A stretch of 33,710 bases of DNA from Candidatus Krumholzibacteriia bacterium (GCA_041484665.1 JBGPIA010000029.1:1-33710), one strand, 5' to 3'. Shown: positions 8,520-18,404, counted from the stretch's first letter. Notes: generated by a model not told the origin, from the sequence alone. A program made the numbers and translations.

Positions 8520-11185
8520 CTTTTCTTGTCCGCCTCGTTCATCCAGCCGTGGACCACGGTGATGGAGCGGGAGCGACTTCCCTCGGGAAGCAGGACGAGC
8601 ACGCGGCCGTCGTTCACGATGATCGCGTCGCGCGCTTCCCGCGGGATGCGGCGAATCGCCCGCGGCGCGCCGATCGAGAGCCGCGGCGCCGTGCGAAGCT
8701 CGACGGCGTACACCGTGAGTCCGTCGCCGCCAACGTAGAGCAGCTCGCGGTCGTCGGCGCGCCAGGTGAGGCCGCCGGTCGAGGCCGAGCCCATCGGCGA
8801 AGGGGCCACGCCGGCCCGAACGGCCTCCGAACGCTCGGGATAGCGCTCGACGTACACCTCGGCGCGACCGGAAGCGTCGCTCTCATAGGCGATCCAACGG
8901 CCATCATGCGAGAGCATGCCGTCGATCTCGTCCGCCGAGGTGGCCAGGTAGGGACGCGGCTTCTCCCCCGGCCTCAGTGACAACGTCTGCAGATCGTAGC
9001 GGTTCCCCTCCACCATCGCGCTCATGACCAGCGTTGCGCCGTCCGGGCTCCAGCTGTGCGGGAGGCGCCACAGTTTGTCGCCCACGTCGAGGAGGCTGTC
9101 GGCGCCGCTGGCCGGGTCGATCTGCCGCAGGCCGCTCATGGTCGCGCCCACGAGTCGTGTTCCCGCAGGGTTCCAGAGCGGGCCGTACACGCCCTTCCCC
9201 GGAGGAGCAATCTGGGCCGCGGTTCCATCCTCCAGGTTGCCGATCCAGTTCCCGTAGCCTTCCGCCCCGACCACCATCACTGCGAGGCGTCGGTGGTCGG
9301 GAGAGATCGCCGCCGTGCCCGCGAGCGCGGGGAATCGCACCCGCGTCTGTGTGAGGCGCCCGCCCTGCTCGAGCCACGCGACGGTCGTGGGTCGCCGATC
9401 TTGCGGGGCATAGGCCATCACACCGGTCTGCGAACAGCTCACCTCCGGGGATAGCTGGATCGGCCCGACGGCTTCCGGCTGGTCTTCAAGCAACCGGGGT
9501 TCGCCGACCAGCGTGAGTCCACGAAGGTCGACGCGTTGGGCGAGCAGGGCGCGGTCGCGCGTGAAGATCACCCAGTCGGGCGCGGCGAATACGGCGGCCG
9601 AGCCACTCACGAGCAGCGGCTTCGCGGGCGAACTATTCACCGACCCCACCATCACCCGGGTCTCCGGACGCCCGGTCGTCTGGTTGACGACGAAGATGAA
9701 ATGGCGACCGTCCGGAAGGAACGACGGAAATCGATGCGAGCTCTCGCCCTTCTTGGAATCGACCGCGGTCACCGGCCGCGGTGCGCCGCCGCTGGCTTCC
9801 ACAGCTGCCAGCCCACCCTCCGCATCGGGCGCGAACACGATGACGCCGGTGCTGCCCCACGATCCGCCTCGCCCCTTCGATGCCTCGCACACCGTGCGCA
9901 CCGAGCCACCCGACGCGGGGATCCGCCGCAGGCGGCCACCCGAGAAGAACGCGACGTCGCGGGAATCGGGGGACCAGAAGGGCCACTGTGCGCCTTCGGT
10001 GCCCTCGAGTACGTGCGCCTCGTCCTTCTCCAGGGGCCGGATGAAAAGACGGTCGGTTCCCAGGCTGTCCGCGAGTACGAACACAAGCGAGCGGCCGTCC
10101 GGAGAAACCGCATACGTGCCGAGAACGCCGACGTCGGCGTCCGGGTTCGGTGACAACATGGCAAGGCGTGTCACGCGGTCCGGCGAAACACGCCGAAGCC
10201 CGGGCAAGAGCGCGCCGAGCGCGATCCCCGCAGCCGCAACGATGGCCAGGAGCGCGGCGGTGCGAAGGCGCACCCCCCGCGCCGGCGGTGCGGCACTCGC
10301 CGCAGACCGTGCTTGTGCTCCGGGCGCACGCGCTTCGCCGAGGGCGATACGCGCCTCACCGATGTCGCGCAGGCGTTCGCGGGCATCCTTGGTCAGGCAC
10401 CGCCGGATCAGCCGCCGGACTGCCTCCTGGATGGTCGCGGGAACGGCGGCCCAGTCGGGCTCGCGCTCGAGGATTCGCGCCACGAGGTCCGAGATGGTCT
10501 CTCCTTCGAATGCCCGCCGGCCGGTGAGGCATTCGTAAAGCACGCAACCGAACGACCAGATGTCGGTGCGCCGGTCCACGGCCTTGCCGCGCGCCTGCTC
10601 GGGGCTCATGTATGCGGCCGTGCCCAGGATCACGCCCGCACCCGTCGCCGCGTAGGTCATCGTCGGGGACGCCGAGAGGTTCGCGTCCGACGACGAACCA
10701 TCCGCGGCGCTCGCCTTCGCCAGCCCGAAGTCGAGCACCTTCACCATGCCGTCCGGCTTCAGCATGACGTTGCCGGGCTTGAGATCCCGATGGATCACCC
10801 CCTCCTCGTGCGCCGCTTCCACCGCCGCCGCGATCTGCGCGCACACCGCGAGCGCTTCGTCCACTGGCAACGCCCCGCGCGAAAGCCGCGCGCTCAGCGT
10901 CTCACCCTCCACGAACTCGAGCACCAGGTAGCGATGACCCGCCACCTCCTCGAGTCCGAAGATCGAGCCGACGTTCGGGTGATGCAGCGACGCCAGCAGC
11001 TTGGCCTCGCGCTCGAACCGTGCCACGCGCTCGGAATCGCGCGCGAACGCCTCGGGCAGCACCTTGATCGCCACCTCGCGCCCCAACCGCGTGTCGCGGG
11101 CGCGGTAGACCTCGCCCATACCCCCCGCGCCCAGCGGCGCCAGGATTTCGTAGGGGCCAAGCTTCGTGCCAAGCAAGAGCGTCAT
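8516..11185 (-). CDS. Hanks-type Ser/Thr kinase, TM segment, TolB/PD40-like beta-propeller sensor (subtype B)
   Basis: True start MTLLLGTKLGPYEI at 11185 (ATGA overlap with upstream stop), not 12592; HRDLKPGN, DFGLAK, GTAAYMSPEQARG. Confidence 0.92.
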   Translation of the reverse strand: MTLLLGTKLGPYEILAPLGAGGMGEVYRARDTRLGREVAIKVLPEAFARDSERVARFEREAKLLASLHHPNVGSIFGLEEVAGHRYLVLEFVEGETLSARLSRGALPVDEALAVCAQIAAAVEAAHEEGVIHRDLKPGNVMLKPDGMVKVLDFGLAKASAADGSSSDANLSASPTMTYAATGAGVILGTAAYMSPEQARGKAVDRRTDIWSFGCVLYECLTGRRAFEGETISDLVARILEREPDWAAVPATIQEAVRRLIRRCLTKDARERLRDIGEARIALGEARAPGAQARSAASAAPPARGVRLRTAALLAIVAAAGIALGALLPGLRRVSPDRVTRLAMLSPNPDADVGVLGTYAVSPDGRSLVFVLADSLGTDRLFIRPLEKDEAHVLEGTEGAQWPFWSPDSRDVAFFSGGRLRRIPASGGSVRTVCEASKGRGGSWGSTGVIVFAPDAEGGLAAVEASGGAPRPVTAVDSKKGESSHRFPSFLPDGRHFIFVVNQTTGRPETRVMVGSVNSSPAKPLLVSGSAAVFAAPDWVIFTRDRALLAQRVDLRGLTLVGEPRLLEDQPEAVGPIQLSPEVSCSQTGVMAYAPQDRRPTTVAWLEQGGRLTQTRVRFPALAGTAAISPDHRRLAVMVVGAEGYGNWIGNLEDGTAAQIAPPGKGVYGPLWNPAGTRLVGATMSGLRQIDPASGADSLLDVGDKLWRLPHSWSPDGATLVMSAMVEGNRYDLQTLSLRPGEKPRPYLATSADEIDGMLSHDGRWIAYESDASGRAEVYVERYPERSEAVRAGVAPSPMGSASTGGLTWRADDRELLYVGGDGLTVYAVELRTAPRLSIGAPRAIRRIPREARDAIIVNDGRVLVLLPEGSRSRSITVVHGWMNEADKKR

Positions 11186-13875
11186 CGGTCTTTGAGCTGC
11201 TCCGTCCAATCGAGCGTGAGCGAGAGCGAAGGCGGTACCGTGGTGCCCGCCTCGGCCGAGATCAGGATGTGCTCGCCGTCGCTCGTCACGGAGAATGCTT
11301 GCAAGCCAGCGCGATGGAACAGGAGGTGCGATGTTCCCGCACGGAACGCAGGGCTGGTCTCGACCGCGACGGAGATCACGCTGCCGCCGGAGGGTTCCGG
11401 GCGCTCGTAGAGCAGCTCGTTGCCCCCGCGCGTCCATTGCGCCGCGAATCCAGCGTCGGTGGAGATCCGCACCTTCGCGCCCGGTCCGGGATAGGGCTGG
11501 ACGTAGATCTCGAATTGTCCCGTCTCGTTGCTCGTGAACGCCAGCCACCGGCCGTCGGGCGAGACCACTCCGCCGATTTCCATTGCCGGCGTGCGAGCCA
11601 GGGCGACAGGCGCGCCGCGACCGTCCAACGGGACGGCCCACAGATCGAACTGCGTCGCGGGCGAGGCCACGGCGATGATGAGCGTCTTGCCGTCGGGCGT
11701 GAAGCCCGAGGGACTCTGGAACTGGGCTTCGGGGGTGGCGATCGCCTGCGCCTGGGAAGCTGCGCCGACCCGCCCCAGGTAGATCCGCTCTCCGGACTCC
11801 TGCGTCGCGTTGTAGGCGAAGGTCGTCCCGTCGGGAGACCACGCCGGGTTGCCGAACGCAGATCCCGTTGAAGCGATGCGGGTCGTCGTGCCGCGGGCGG
11901 GATCCGCCTGCCAGATATCGGACATCACCGCCGAGGAGATGCGCACCGCGAGCACCGAGCTGCCGTCGGGAGCCGCGACCACCTGCGGGTAGCGCCCGGC
12001 CGGCAACGGGACCCCGCCCGTGGGCTCGCCTGCGCGATTCACCCACTGCACGCGCGTCTCGACCTGGGCGTTGCGCAGCACCACCAGGCGCCCATCGCGT
12101 GAGGTGGTGGCGATGCGGGCCGCGTCGACTGTGCCCGGCGCGGGCGGGTCGCCGATCGGGACGGGGTCCCCCGAAAGCTCCAGACGCGCCGCATCGAAGC
12201 GCTGGGCGACGAGCTTGGCATCGCGCACGAATATCAGATACCCGGGCTCGGCAAAGGTCACCCCCGACCCGGCGGTCAGGAGCTTCTTCACCTGCTTGGA
12301 GCGCAGCGAGCCCGTGAAGATGTCCCAGCCCCGGCCCTGCAGCGGCAGCGCGGCGAAGAGGAAATGCTCCCCGTCGGGCAGGAAACACGGCATGCGATGG
12401 CCGGTCTCGTGCCGCGTGCCATCGAGGGCCGTGACCGGTGAGACTTCGCCGCCGCTGGCCGAGACGCGATCGAGCGGGCCCTCGGCAGCCGCCGCGAACA
12501 CGATGTCCGCGTTCTTCCCCCACGTCGCGCCACGCGGCCACTTGACGTCGCAGATCGAGACGGGGGTGCCGCCTGCAGCCGGGACCTTCCACAGCCGCGC
12601 ATCCTCACCGCTCGTGCCAAAGCCGAGGAATCGCCCGTCCGGCGACCAGAACACGTCCAGCACGGGGCTGATCTCGCTGACCTTGCGCGGAATCGGCTCG
12701 CTGAGATCGCGCACCCAGAGCTTCGAGCTGGTCGAGTCCTGTACGACGTAGGCCACGCGCCGGCCGTCTGGTGAGATCGCGCAGGAGGAGGGCTCGGACG
12801 AGATGATGCCGCCGGCTTCGTGGGTGAGCACCACGTGGAGGTGCGGGTCCGCCGTGCGGCGAGCGATCCCTCGCCACAGCCCAGCGGCCGCCACGGCGAG
12901 CGCGCCCGCCGCAACCAGCCACGGGAGCCACAGGGATCGTCTTCCCATACGAGCGCGCGCAGCGGGCACGGCGAGCAGGCCGGACTGCGAGCTCGCGCTT
13001 GCGATCCATTCCAGCTCGCGCCTGAGGTCGCCCGCGGTCTGCCAGCGTTCGTTGGGATCTTTCGCCAGGCACTGTCGCACCACACGGTCCAACGCCGCCG
13101 GTGCGAGCGGCTGCAGCTCGGTGATGGGGCGCGGCGCATCGCGCATGATGGCTGAGATCAGGCTGGCCTGGGTCGAGCCGTCGAACGCGCGCCGGCCCGT
13201 GGCCATCTCGTAGAGGGTCGCCCCCAGCGACCACAGGTCGCTGCGCGCGTCGGCCTCTTTGCCCTCCAGCTGCTCGGGCGCCATGTACTGGAACGTCCCG
13301 ACGATCGTGCCCTCGGCGGTCAGCGGCTGCGGCGCTGTCGGCAGGCCGGTCAGGCCGGTCAGGCCGGTCAGGCCGGTGAAGCTGCCGCCCACGGGCCGCG
13401 CCTCGGTCGCCCGCGCCAGGCCGAAGTCCAGCAGCTTCGCCCCTGACTTCGTCAGCATGATGTTGCCGGGCTTGAGGTCGCGATGGATGACGCCGCTCTG
13501 GTGCGCGAGATCGAGCGCGCCGGCGATCTGCGTGCCGATGCGGAGTATCTCGGCAGCCGGCAGCGCCCCGCGGTGCAGTCGGTCGGCCAGGCTCTCGCCC
13601 TCCACGAGCTCCATCACCAGGTAGTCCACGCCATCCTGGTGGCCGACGTCGTGCAGGGTGCAGATGTTCGGGTGGTTGAGACCCGAGATGGCCCGGGCCT
13701 CACGCTCGAAGCGGGCGCGCACCTCGGGGCTCTCGCCCAAGTGAGGCGGGAGCACCTTGACGGCGACTTCCCGCGCCAGGCGGGAGTCCCGCGCGCGGTA
13801 GACCTCGCCCATGCCGCCTGCGCCGAGCGGACCGAGGATCTCGTAGGGGCCCAGGCGGGTGCCGGCAGACAGCAT
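11182..13875 (-). CDS. Hanks-type Ser/Thr kinase, TM segment, TolB/PD40-like beta-propeller sensor (subtype A)
   Basis: GAGGMGEV, HRDLKPGN, DFGLAR, GTFQYMAPEQLEG; TM helix; SPDG repeats. Confidence 0.93.
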   Translation of the reverse strand: MLSAGTRLGPYEILGPLGAGGMGEVYRARDSRLAREVAVKVLPPHLGESPEVRARFEREARAISGLNHPNICTLHDVGHQDGVDYLVMELVEGESLADRLHRGALPAAEILRIGTQIAGALDLAHQSGVIHRDLKPGNIMLTKSGAKLLDFGLARATEARPVGGSFTGLTGLTGLTGLPTAPQPLTAEGTIVGTFQYMAPEQLEGKEADARSDLWSLGATLYEMATGRRAFDGSTQASLISAIMRDAPRPITELQPLAPAALDRVVRQCLAKDPNERWQTAGDLRRELEWIASASSQSGLLAVPAARARMGRRSLWLPWLVAAGALAVAAAGLWRGIARRTADPHLHVVLTHEAGGIISSEPSSCAISPDGRRVAYVVQDSTSSKLWVRDLSEPIPRKVSEISPVLDVFWSPDGRFLGFGTSGEDARLWKVPAAGGTPVSICDVKWPRGATWGKNADIVFAAAAEGPLDRVSASGGEVSPVTALDGTRHETGHRMPCFLPDGEHFLFAALPLQGRGWDIFTGSLRSKQVKKLLTAGSGVTFAEPGYLIFVRDAKLVAQRFDAARLELSGDPVPIGDPPAPGTVDAARIATTSRDGRLVVLRNAQVETRVQWVNRAGEPTGGVPLPAGRYPQVVAAPDGSSVLAVRISSAVMSDIWQADPARGTTTRIASTGSAFGNPAWSPDGTTFAYNATQESGERIYLGRVGAASQAQAIATPEAQFQSPSGFTPDGKTLIIAVASPATQFDLWAVPLDGRGAPVALARTPAMEIGGVVSPDGRWLAFTSNETGQFEIYVQPYPGPGAKVRISTDAGFAAQWTRGGNELLYERPEPSGGSVISVAVETSPAFRAGTSHLLFHRAGLQAFSVTSDGEHILISAEAGTTVPPSLSLTLDWTEQLKDR
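13342..13377. repeat. Perfect 9-bp tandem repeat x4 inside kinase gene
   Basis: (CAGGCCGGT)4, encoding (TGL)4 on the minus strand between DFG and APE. Confidence 0.95.
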
Positions 13876-14103
13876 CGAGCGGTTCTCGGGACCGGTGGAT
13901 CGCGCGTGCCAGGAAAAGGGGCGACCGGGCGCGGTCGACGTCAGCTTTGGCTAGCGTCACCAGCGTCAACCGATCGACGACTTTAGCATGGACCAGCGGG
14001 TCTCCGGCAGAAAAACGTGCGGTGCGCCCGGCGGGGGCACGACTCGGTGGCGTTCACGACAACCGCAGAGTGAGCGCCCCGCGTTGCGCTCGGCTCGGGC
14101 GTA

Positions 14104-14697
14104 TCACTGGGCGGCTAGCCCCAGGATGCGGCTGACGTCGGTCATCAAGCCGTGTGCCGTGACTTCGGTCATGCCGCCCGCGAGCGTGGTAGAGCGCCCA
14201 CCGCACTCCGCGCATAGCATGTAGGACACCGCCTTGGCCCGGGCGCGATTGACGGCGCGATCGTTCGCCGCGCCTGCCTGCATGGCCGAGTACATGGTGC
14301 CCGTCTCAACGGCCACGCTTCCCCCGGCGATCTCGGGGACGCCGTTGCGCAGGATCAACCGATGCAGCTGCTCGCGCTCGATGGTGGCGCCGTCGGACGT
14401 CTCGATGCCGGTAGGGGAGACCACGAAGGTCCCACCCGGCGAGCGGATCTTGTCGACGCGCCCAGCGAACCACTTGTTGACGAACTTGCGCACGAACCAC
14501 GCGCCGACGATGCCGAAGGCAAAGCGGAAGAACACGAGCGCAGACGCGCTGTGCGCAGGCGTGGTTCCGATCACGAGCAATGCGAACAACGCGGCGATGA
14601 TGTTGGCGGCGCCCTTGGACCTGGGGGCTGACGCCGGCGTAACGGCGAACCGCACGCGCCCTTCACCGGCGGGCTCCTGTCGGTAGCTGCTGTCCAT
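14104..14697 (-). CDS. Hypothetical membrane protein (two predicted TM helices)
   Basis: AAGGAG RBS before ATG; hydrophobic IIAALFALLVIG and LVFFRFAFGIVGAWFV segments; GC3-rich codons. Confidence 0.7.
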   Translation of the reverse strand: MDSSYRQEPAGEGRVRFAVTPASAPRSKGAANIIAALFALLVIGTTPAHSASALVFFRFAFGIVGAWFVRKFVNKWFAGRVDKIRSPGGTFVVSPTGIETSDGATIEREQLHRLILRNGVPEIAGGSVAVETGTMYSAMQAGAANDRAVNRARAKAVSYMLCAECGGRSTTLAGGMTEVTAHGLMTDVSRILGLAAQ

Positions 14698-15009
14698 CTC
14701 CTACTCCTTGGGTCGAGGTGTTGGATCGACGCGGGGTGTTCTCCCCGCACCAGATCACGGGCGCCGCCCGGCGCCGGAGCCAGGCGCGCCTCGAACGTCC
14801 CCTTCACGCGGGCGGTGGTGAGGCTCGTCAGCCGACCACCAGCGCGGCGATGAGGGTCGCGACGAGCAGCGGGTGCAGGGCACGGCGCACGGGATCGCTC
14901 CCTCTTGCGGGTCACCATCGGTCCTGGGGATCATCTATACTGAGCGAGGCCCAGGACCCTTCCCTGGGCTCCTGCTTCCCCCTTGCGCGAAGCGAACAGG
15001 AAAACCGTC

Positions 15010-15594
15010 ATGGCTTCCCGGACCCCTCGTCGACTGCCGGGATCCAGGCCGTCGGACGCCGAGGCGATACCCGCCGGCGAGCGGCTGGCACTGGACCACC
15101 TGTTCAGTGCCACCTACGAAGAGCTGCGGCGGCTGGCCGCCAGCGTGCGCCGGGGCGACCCGGGGGCGACGCTCAGCCCTACGGCCCTGGTGAACGAAGC
15201 CTGGCTGAAGCTCTCCCGGACCCCGGCCGTCGCCCAGACCTCGCAGCTGCACTTCAAGCGCATTGCCGCCCGCGCCATGCGCCAGGTGCTGATCGAGGCA
15301 GCCCGGCGACGACGCTCGCTCAAGCGGGGCGGGCCCCATGCGGCGTTCGTGACCTTCGACGAGTCGGTCGCGGTGGGAGCCGCCTGGGCCGACGACATCT
15401 TGGGGCTCGATGCCGCGCTGGAGGCGCTGGCCCGGGTCAGTCCCCGTCAGGCCCAGATGGTGGAGAGCCGCTTCTTCGGCGGGCTGGACATCCCCGAGAC
15501 GGCGCAGCTGTTGGGGGTCTCCGAGGCCACGGTCTTGCGCGACTGGCGTGCCGCCAAGGCCTGGCTCGCGCATCAGCTCCGCCGGGCGAGCTGA
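15010..15594 (+). CDS. ECF sigma factor, TIGR02999 / ECF43 type (kinase-associated)
   Basis: TLSPTALVNEAWLKL, AARAMRQVLIEAARRR, VESRFFGGL, TVLRDWRAAKAWL; ATG at 15010 after AGGA; adjacent kinase. Confidence 0.88.
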   Translation: MASRTPRRLPGSRPSDAEAIPAGERLALDHLFSATYEELRRLAASVRRGDPGATLSPTALVNEAWLKLSRTPAVAQTSQLHFKRIAARAMRQVLIEAARRRRSLKRGGPHAAFVTFDESVAVGAAWADDILGLDAALEALARVSPRQAQMVESRFFGGLDIPETAQLLGVSEATVLRDWRAAKAWLAHQLRRAS

Positions 15595-15624
15595 CGGCGG
15601 TACTCCGCAGCTCGCGGCGCGCCC

Positions 15625-18297
15625 ATGGACCCCGCACGTTGGACCCGCATGCAGGCGCTTTTCGAGGAGGCGCTCGAGCACCCCGCCGAGCAATGGGCGA
15701 CTCTGCTCGAAGCTCGCTGCGGCGACGACCCCACCTTGCGCGACGACGTCCTGAGCATGCTCCAGGAGGACAGCCGCGACGATTCACTGTTGAGCCACGA
15801 TCTGGCGCAGGTGGCTCATCGAGTTCTTGGTGAGGACGAGTGGGCGGGGCTGCCCAAGGAGCTGGGTCCTTACCGCTTGCTCGAGCTGCTGGGCGCGGGC
15901 GGCATGGGCGTCGTGTTCCTGGCCGAGCGGGCAGACCTCGACAGCCGGGTGGCCATCAAGGTGTTGCGCGACGCATGGTTCTCACCGGCCCGGCGTGCGC
16001 GCTTTCGCAGCGAGCAGCGTACGCTGGCCCGGCTCAACCACCCTGCGATCGCTCGCCTGTATGACGCCGGGACGTTGCCGGATGGAGTGCCCTGGTTCGC
16101 CATGGAGCACGTGGACGGGCTGCCCATTACGCGATACTGCGCCGAACACGCTCCCACCATCCGCGAGGTCCTCGAGTTGTTCAAGTCCGTCTGCGAGGCC
16201 GTGCTGCACGCGCACCAGCATGCGATCATCCATCGCGACCTGAAGCCCTCCAACATCCTCGTGACCCATCAGGGGCAGGTGAAACTGCTCGATTTCGGCA
16301 TCGCCAAGCCGCTCGACCGCGATGACACCGGCAACGAGCCCACGCGCACGGCGCTGCAGCTCATGACCCCCACCTATGCCGCACCCGAGCAGGTGCGCGG
16401 CGGCGCGCTGGGGGTGCAGACCGACATCTACTCGTTGGGGGTGGTGCTGTACGAGCTATTGACCGGGCGACTGCCGCTGGAGCTCGCGGGTCGCACCCCC
16501 GCCGAGATCGAGCGGATGCTTGCCGAGCAGGAGCCGCAGAAGCCGTCCGTCGCGGTGCGCGAGATGGTGACGGCCGACCGTTTCCGCAACGTCCGCCGCG
16601 CACAGTGGTCCGATCTGGACGTGCTGTGCCTCACGGCGCTGCAGAAGGATCCGCAACGACGCTACCGTACGGCGGAGTCACTCATCCGCGACATCGACCA
16701 CTATCTGCGCGGGGATCCGTTGGAGGCCCGGCCCGATTCCATCAGCTACCGCTCGGGAAAATTCCTGCGGCGCCACGCGCGTGCCGTGTCCGCCGCTGCG
16801 GTGCTGCTGGCGACGGTCGTTGGACTCGTCGCGTTCTACACCGTGCGGCTCGCCACCAGCCGCAATGAAGCCCTGGCCGAGGCCGAGCGGAGGCGGCGCA
16901 TCCAGGCGTTCATGGCCAACCTGTTCCAGGGCGGGGATCCCGAGGCCGGCCCCTCCGACTCGCTGCGGGTAGTGACCCTGCTCGATCGCGGCGTGCGGGA
17001 GGCAACCGCGCTGGCCTCCGACCCGGCGTTGCATGCCGAGCTCTACCAGACACTGGGCGGCATCTACAACAAACTGGGCAACTTCGATCGGGCCGATTCG
17101 CTGCTCTCCGCGGCGCTGCGGGAGCGCCAGCTCATCCTGCCGGCTGGCGAATCGGGACTGGCGGCCAATCTCATCGAGCTGGGGCTGCTGAGGGCCGATC
17201 AGTCCAAGCTCGACGAAGCCGAGCGCCTGGTTCGCGACGGTCTCGGCCGCAGCCGGCGCAACGCTCACCTGGATCCGGCGGGGGAAGCGCGGGCCACCGC
17301 CGCGCTGGGCGTTGTCCAGGAGGCTCGCGGCGACTACGACGGAGCCATCGCCACGCTCACCCGCGCGTTGCAGCTGGATTCCGCCGCCGAGCTGCCGCCT
17401 GCGGACGTATCGGCCACGCTGACCGAGCTGGCGAACTGTCATTACTACGCGGGCCGTTACGACGTTGCCGACTCCCTGAATCGACGCGTGCTGGCCGTAG
17501 ACATGGGGCTGTTCGGCGAACGCCATCCCCATGTTGCCAGCGACCTGGTCAACCTGGGCTCGATCCAGCAGGAGCGCGGCAACTATGCCGAGGCGGAGAA
17601 ATCGTACCGCCGAGCCCTGGACATCTATCGCGGCTGGTACGGCGACGAGCACTTCGAGACGGCGGCTACCCTCACCATGGTGGCCCGCTCGCTGCTGTCG
17701 CAGAAGCGACCCGCGGAGGCGACCGAGTTACTGCAGCGCGCCTTGACGATCCGCGAGCGCGTGTACGGCAAGAACCATCCCAACGTGGCGACGACGCTGA
17801 GCGAGTTGGCGGGGGTCGCGCGCTTGGAAGGCCGCCTCGATGATGCCGAGGCGGACTATCGTCGCGTGATCGAGATCTATCGCGAGGCGTACCACGATCA
17901 CCACGAGTTCATCGGCGTCACGCTGGTGAATCTGGGGGCGGTCTACAGCGATCGGGGCGACGATCGGGGGGCAGAGCGCATGTTTCGCGACGGGCTCGCC
18001 CACTACGCCGACACGCTGCCCGCCGATCATCTGTATGTGGGGATCGTGCGCATCCGACTGGGTCGATCGCTGCTGCGCCAGCATCGCTATGCCGAGGCCG
18101 AGCGCGAGACGCACGCGGGCTACGAGATCGTCTCGCGTCAGTCCGACCCGACGGTGAGCTGGCTGAAGGGCGCTCGCAGCGATCTGGCCGAGGCCTACGA
18201 TGCGCTGGGCCAGCCCGACCAGGCCGCGAGATTCCGGGCGGAGGAGCAGCAGGTAGAGAAGGGCGAGGAAGCTTCCACCGCCACGGGGGAGCGGTAA
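15625..18297 (+). CDS. Ser/Thr kinase with TM helix and C-terminal TPR array (ECF43 partner type)
   Basis: GAGGMGVV, HRDLKPSN, DFGIAK, TPTYAAPEQ; TM segment; HPxVA-type TPR repeats; 30 bp downstream of the sigma gene. Confidence 0.92.
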   Translation: MDPARWTRMQALFEEALEHPAEQWATLLEARCGDDPTLRDDVLSMLQEDSRDDSLLSHDLAQVAHRVLGEDEWAGLPKELGPYRLLELLGAGGMGVVFLAERADLDSRVAIKVLRDAWFSPARRARFRSEQRTLARLNHPAIARLYDAGTLPDGVPWFAMEHVDGLPITRYCAEHAPTIREVLELFKSVCEAVLHAHQHAIIHRDLKPSNILVTHQGQVKLLDFGIAKPLDRDDTGNEPTRTALQLMTPTYAAPEQVRGGALGVQTDIYSLGVVLYELLTGRLPLELAGRTPAEIERMLAEQEPQKPSVAVREMVTADRFRNVRRAQWSDLDVLCLTALQKDPQRRYRTAESLIRDIDHYLRGDPLEARPDSISYRSGKFLRRHARAVSAAAVLLATVVGLVAFYTVRLATSRNEALAEAERRRRIQAFMANLFQGGDPEAGPSDSLRVVTLLDRGVREATALASDPALHAELYQTLGGIYNKLGNFDRADSLLSAALRERQLILPAGESGLAANLIELGLLRADQSKLDEAERLVRDGLGRSRRNAHLDPAGEARATAALGVVQEARGDYDGAIATLTRALQLDSAAELPPADVSATLTELANCHYYAGRYDVADSLNRRVLAVDMGLFGERHPHVASDLVNLGSIQQERGNYAEAEKSYRRALDIYRGWYGDEHFETAATLTMVARSLLSQKRPAEATELLQRALTIRERVYGKNHPNVATTLSELAGVARLEGRLDDAEADYRRVIEIYREAYHDHHEFIGVTLVNLGAVYSDRGDDRGAERMFRDGLAHYADTLPADHLYVGIVRIRLGRSLLRQHRYAEAERETHAGYEIVSRQSDPTVSWLKGARSDLAEAYDALGQPDQAARFRAEEQQVEKGEEASTATGER

Positions 18298-18404
18298 TCC
18301 GCTCATCTCGCGCGGGCGGCGGTCGCTTGGGGCGGTTCTCGTGGGGACTCTCCACTTGCTGCTGCCACAACTGTGGATCAGACTCTTACGGGGAGGGACG
18401 AGCC

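Noticed and set aside
11186..12592. N-terminal extension of the 1358-aa ORF
   Set aside because: Arg/Gly/Pro-rich shadow frame overlapping the upstream kinase gene; the real start is 11185
13896..13913. Possible sigma54 promoter (minus strand TGGCACG) upstream of the kinase array
   Set aside because: The -12 GC is absent (reads ATCC) and it lies very close to the start codon
13980..13988. Extended -10-like TGCTAAAGT for the kinase operon
   Set aside because: No supporting -35 element; too weak to call
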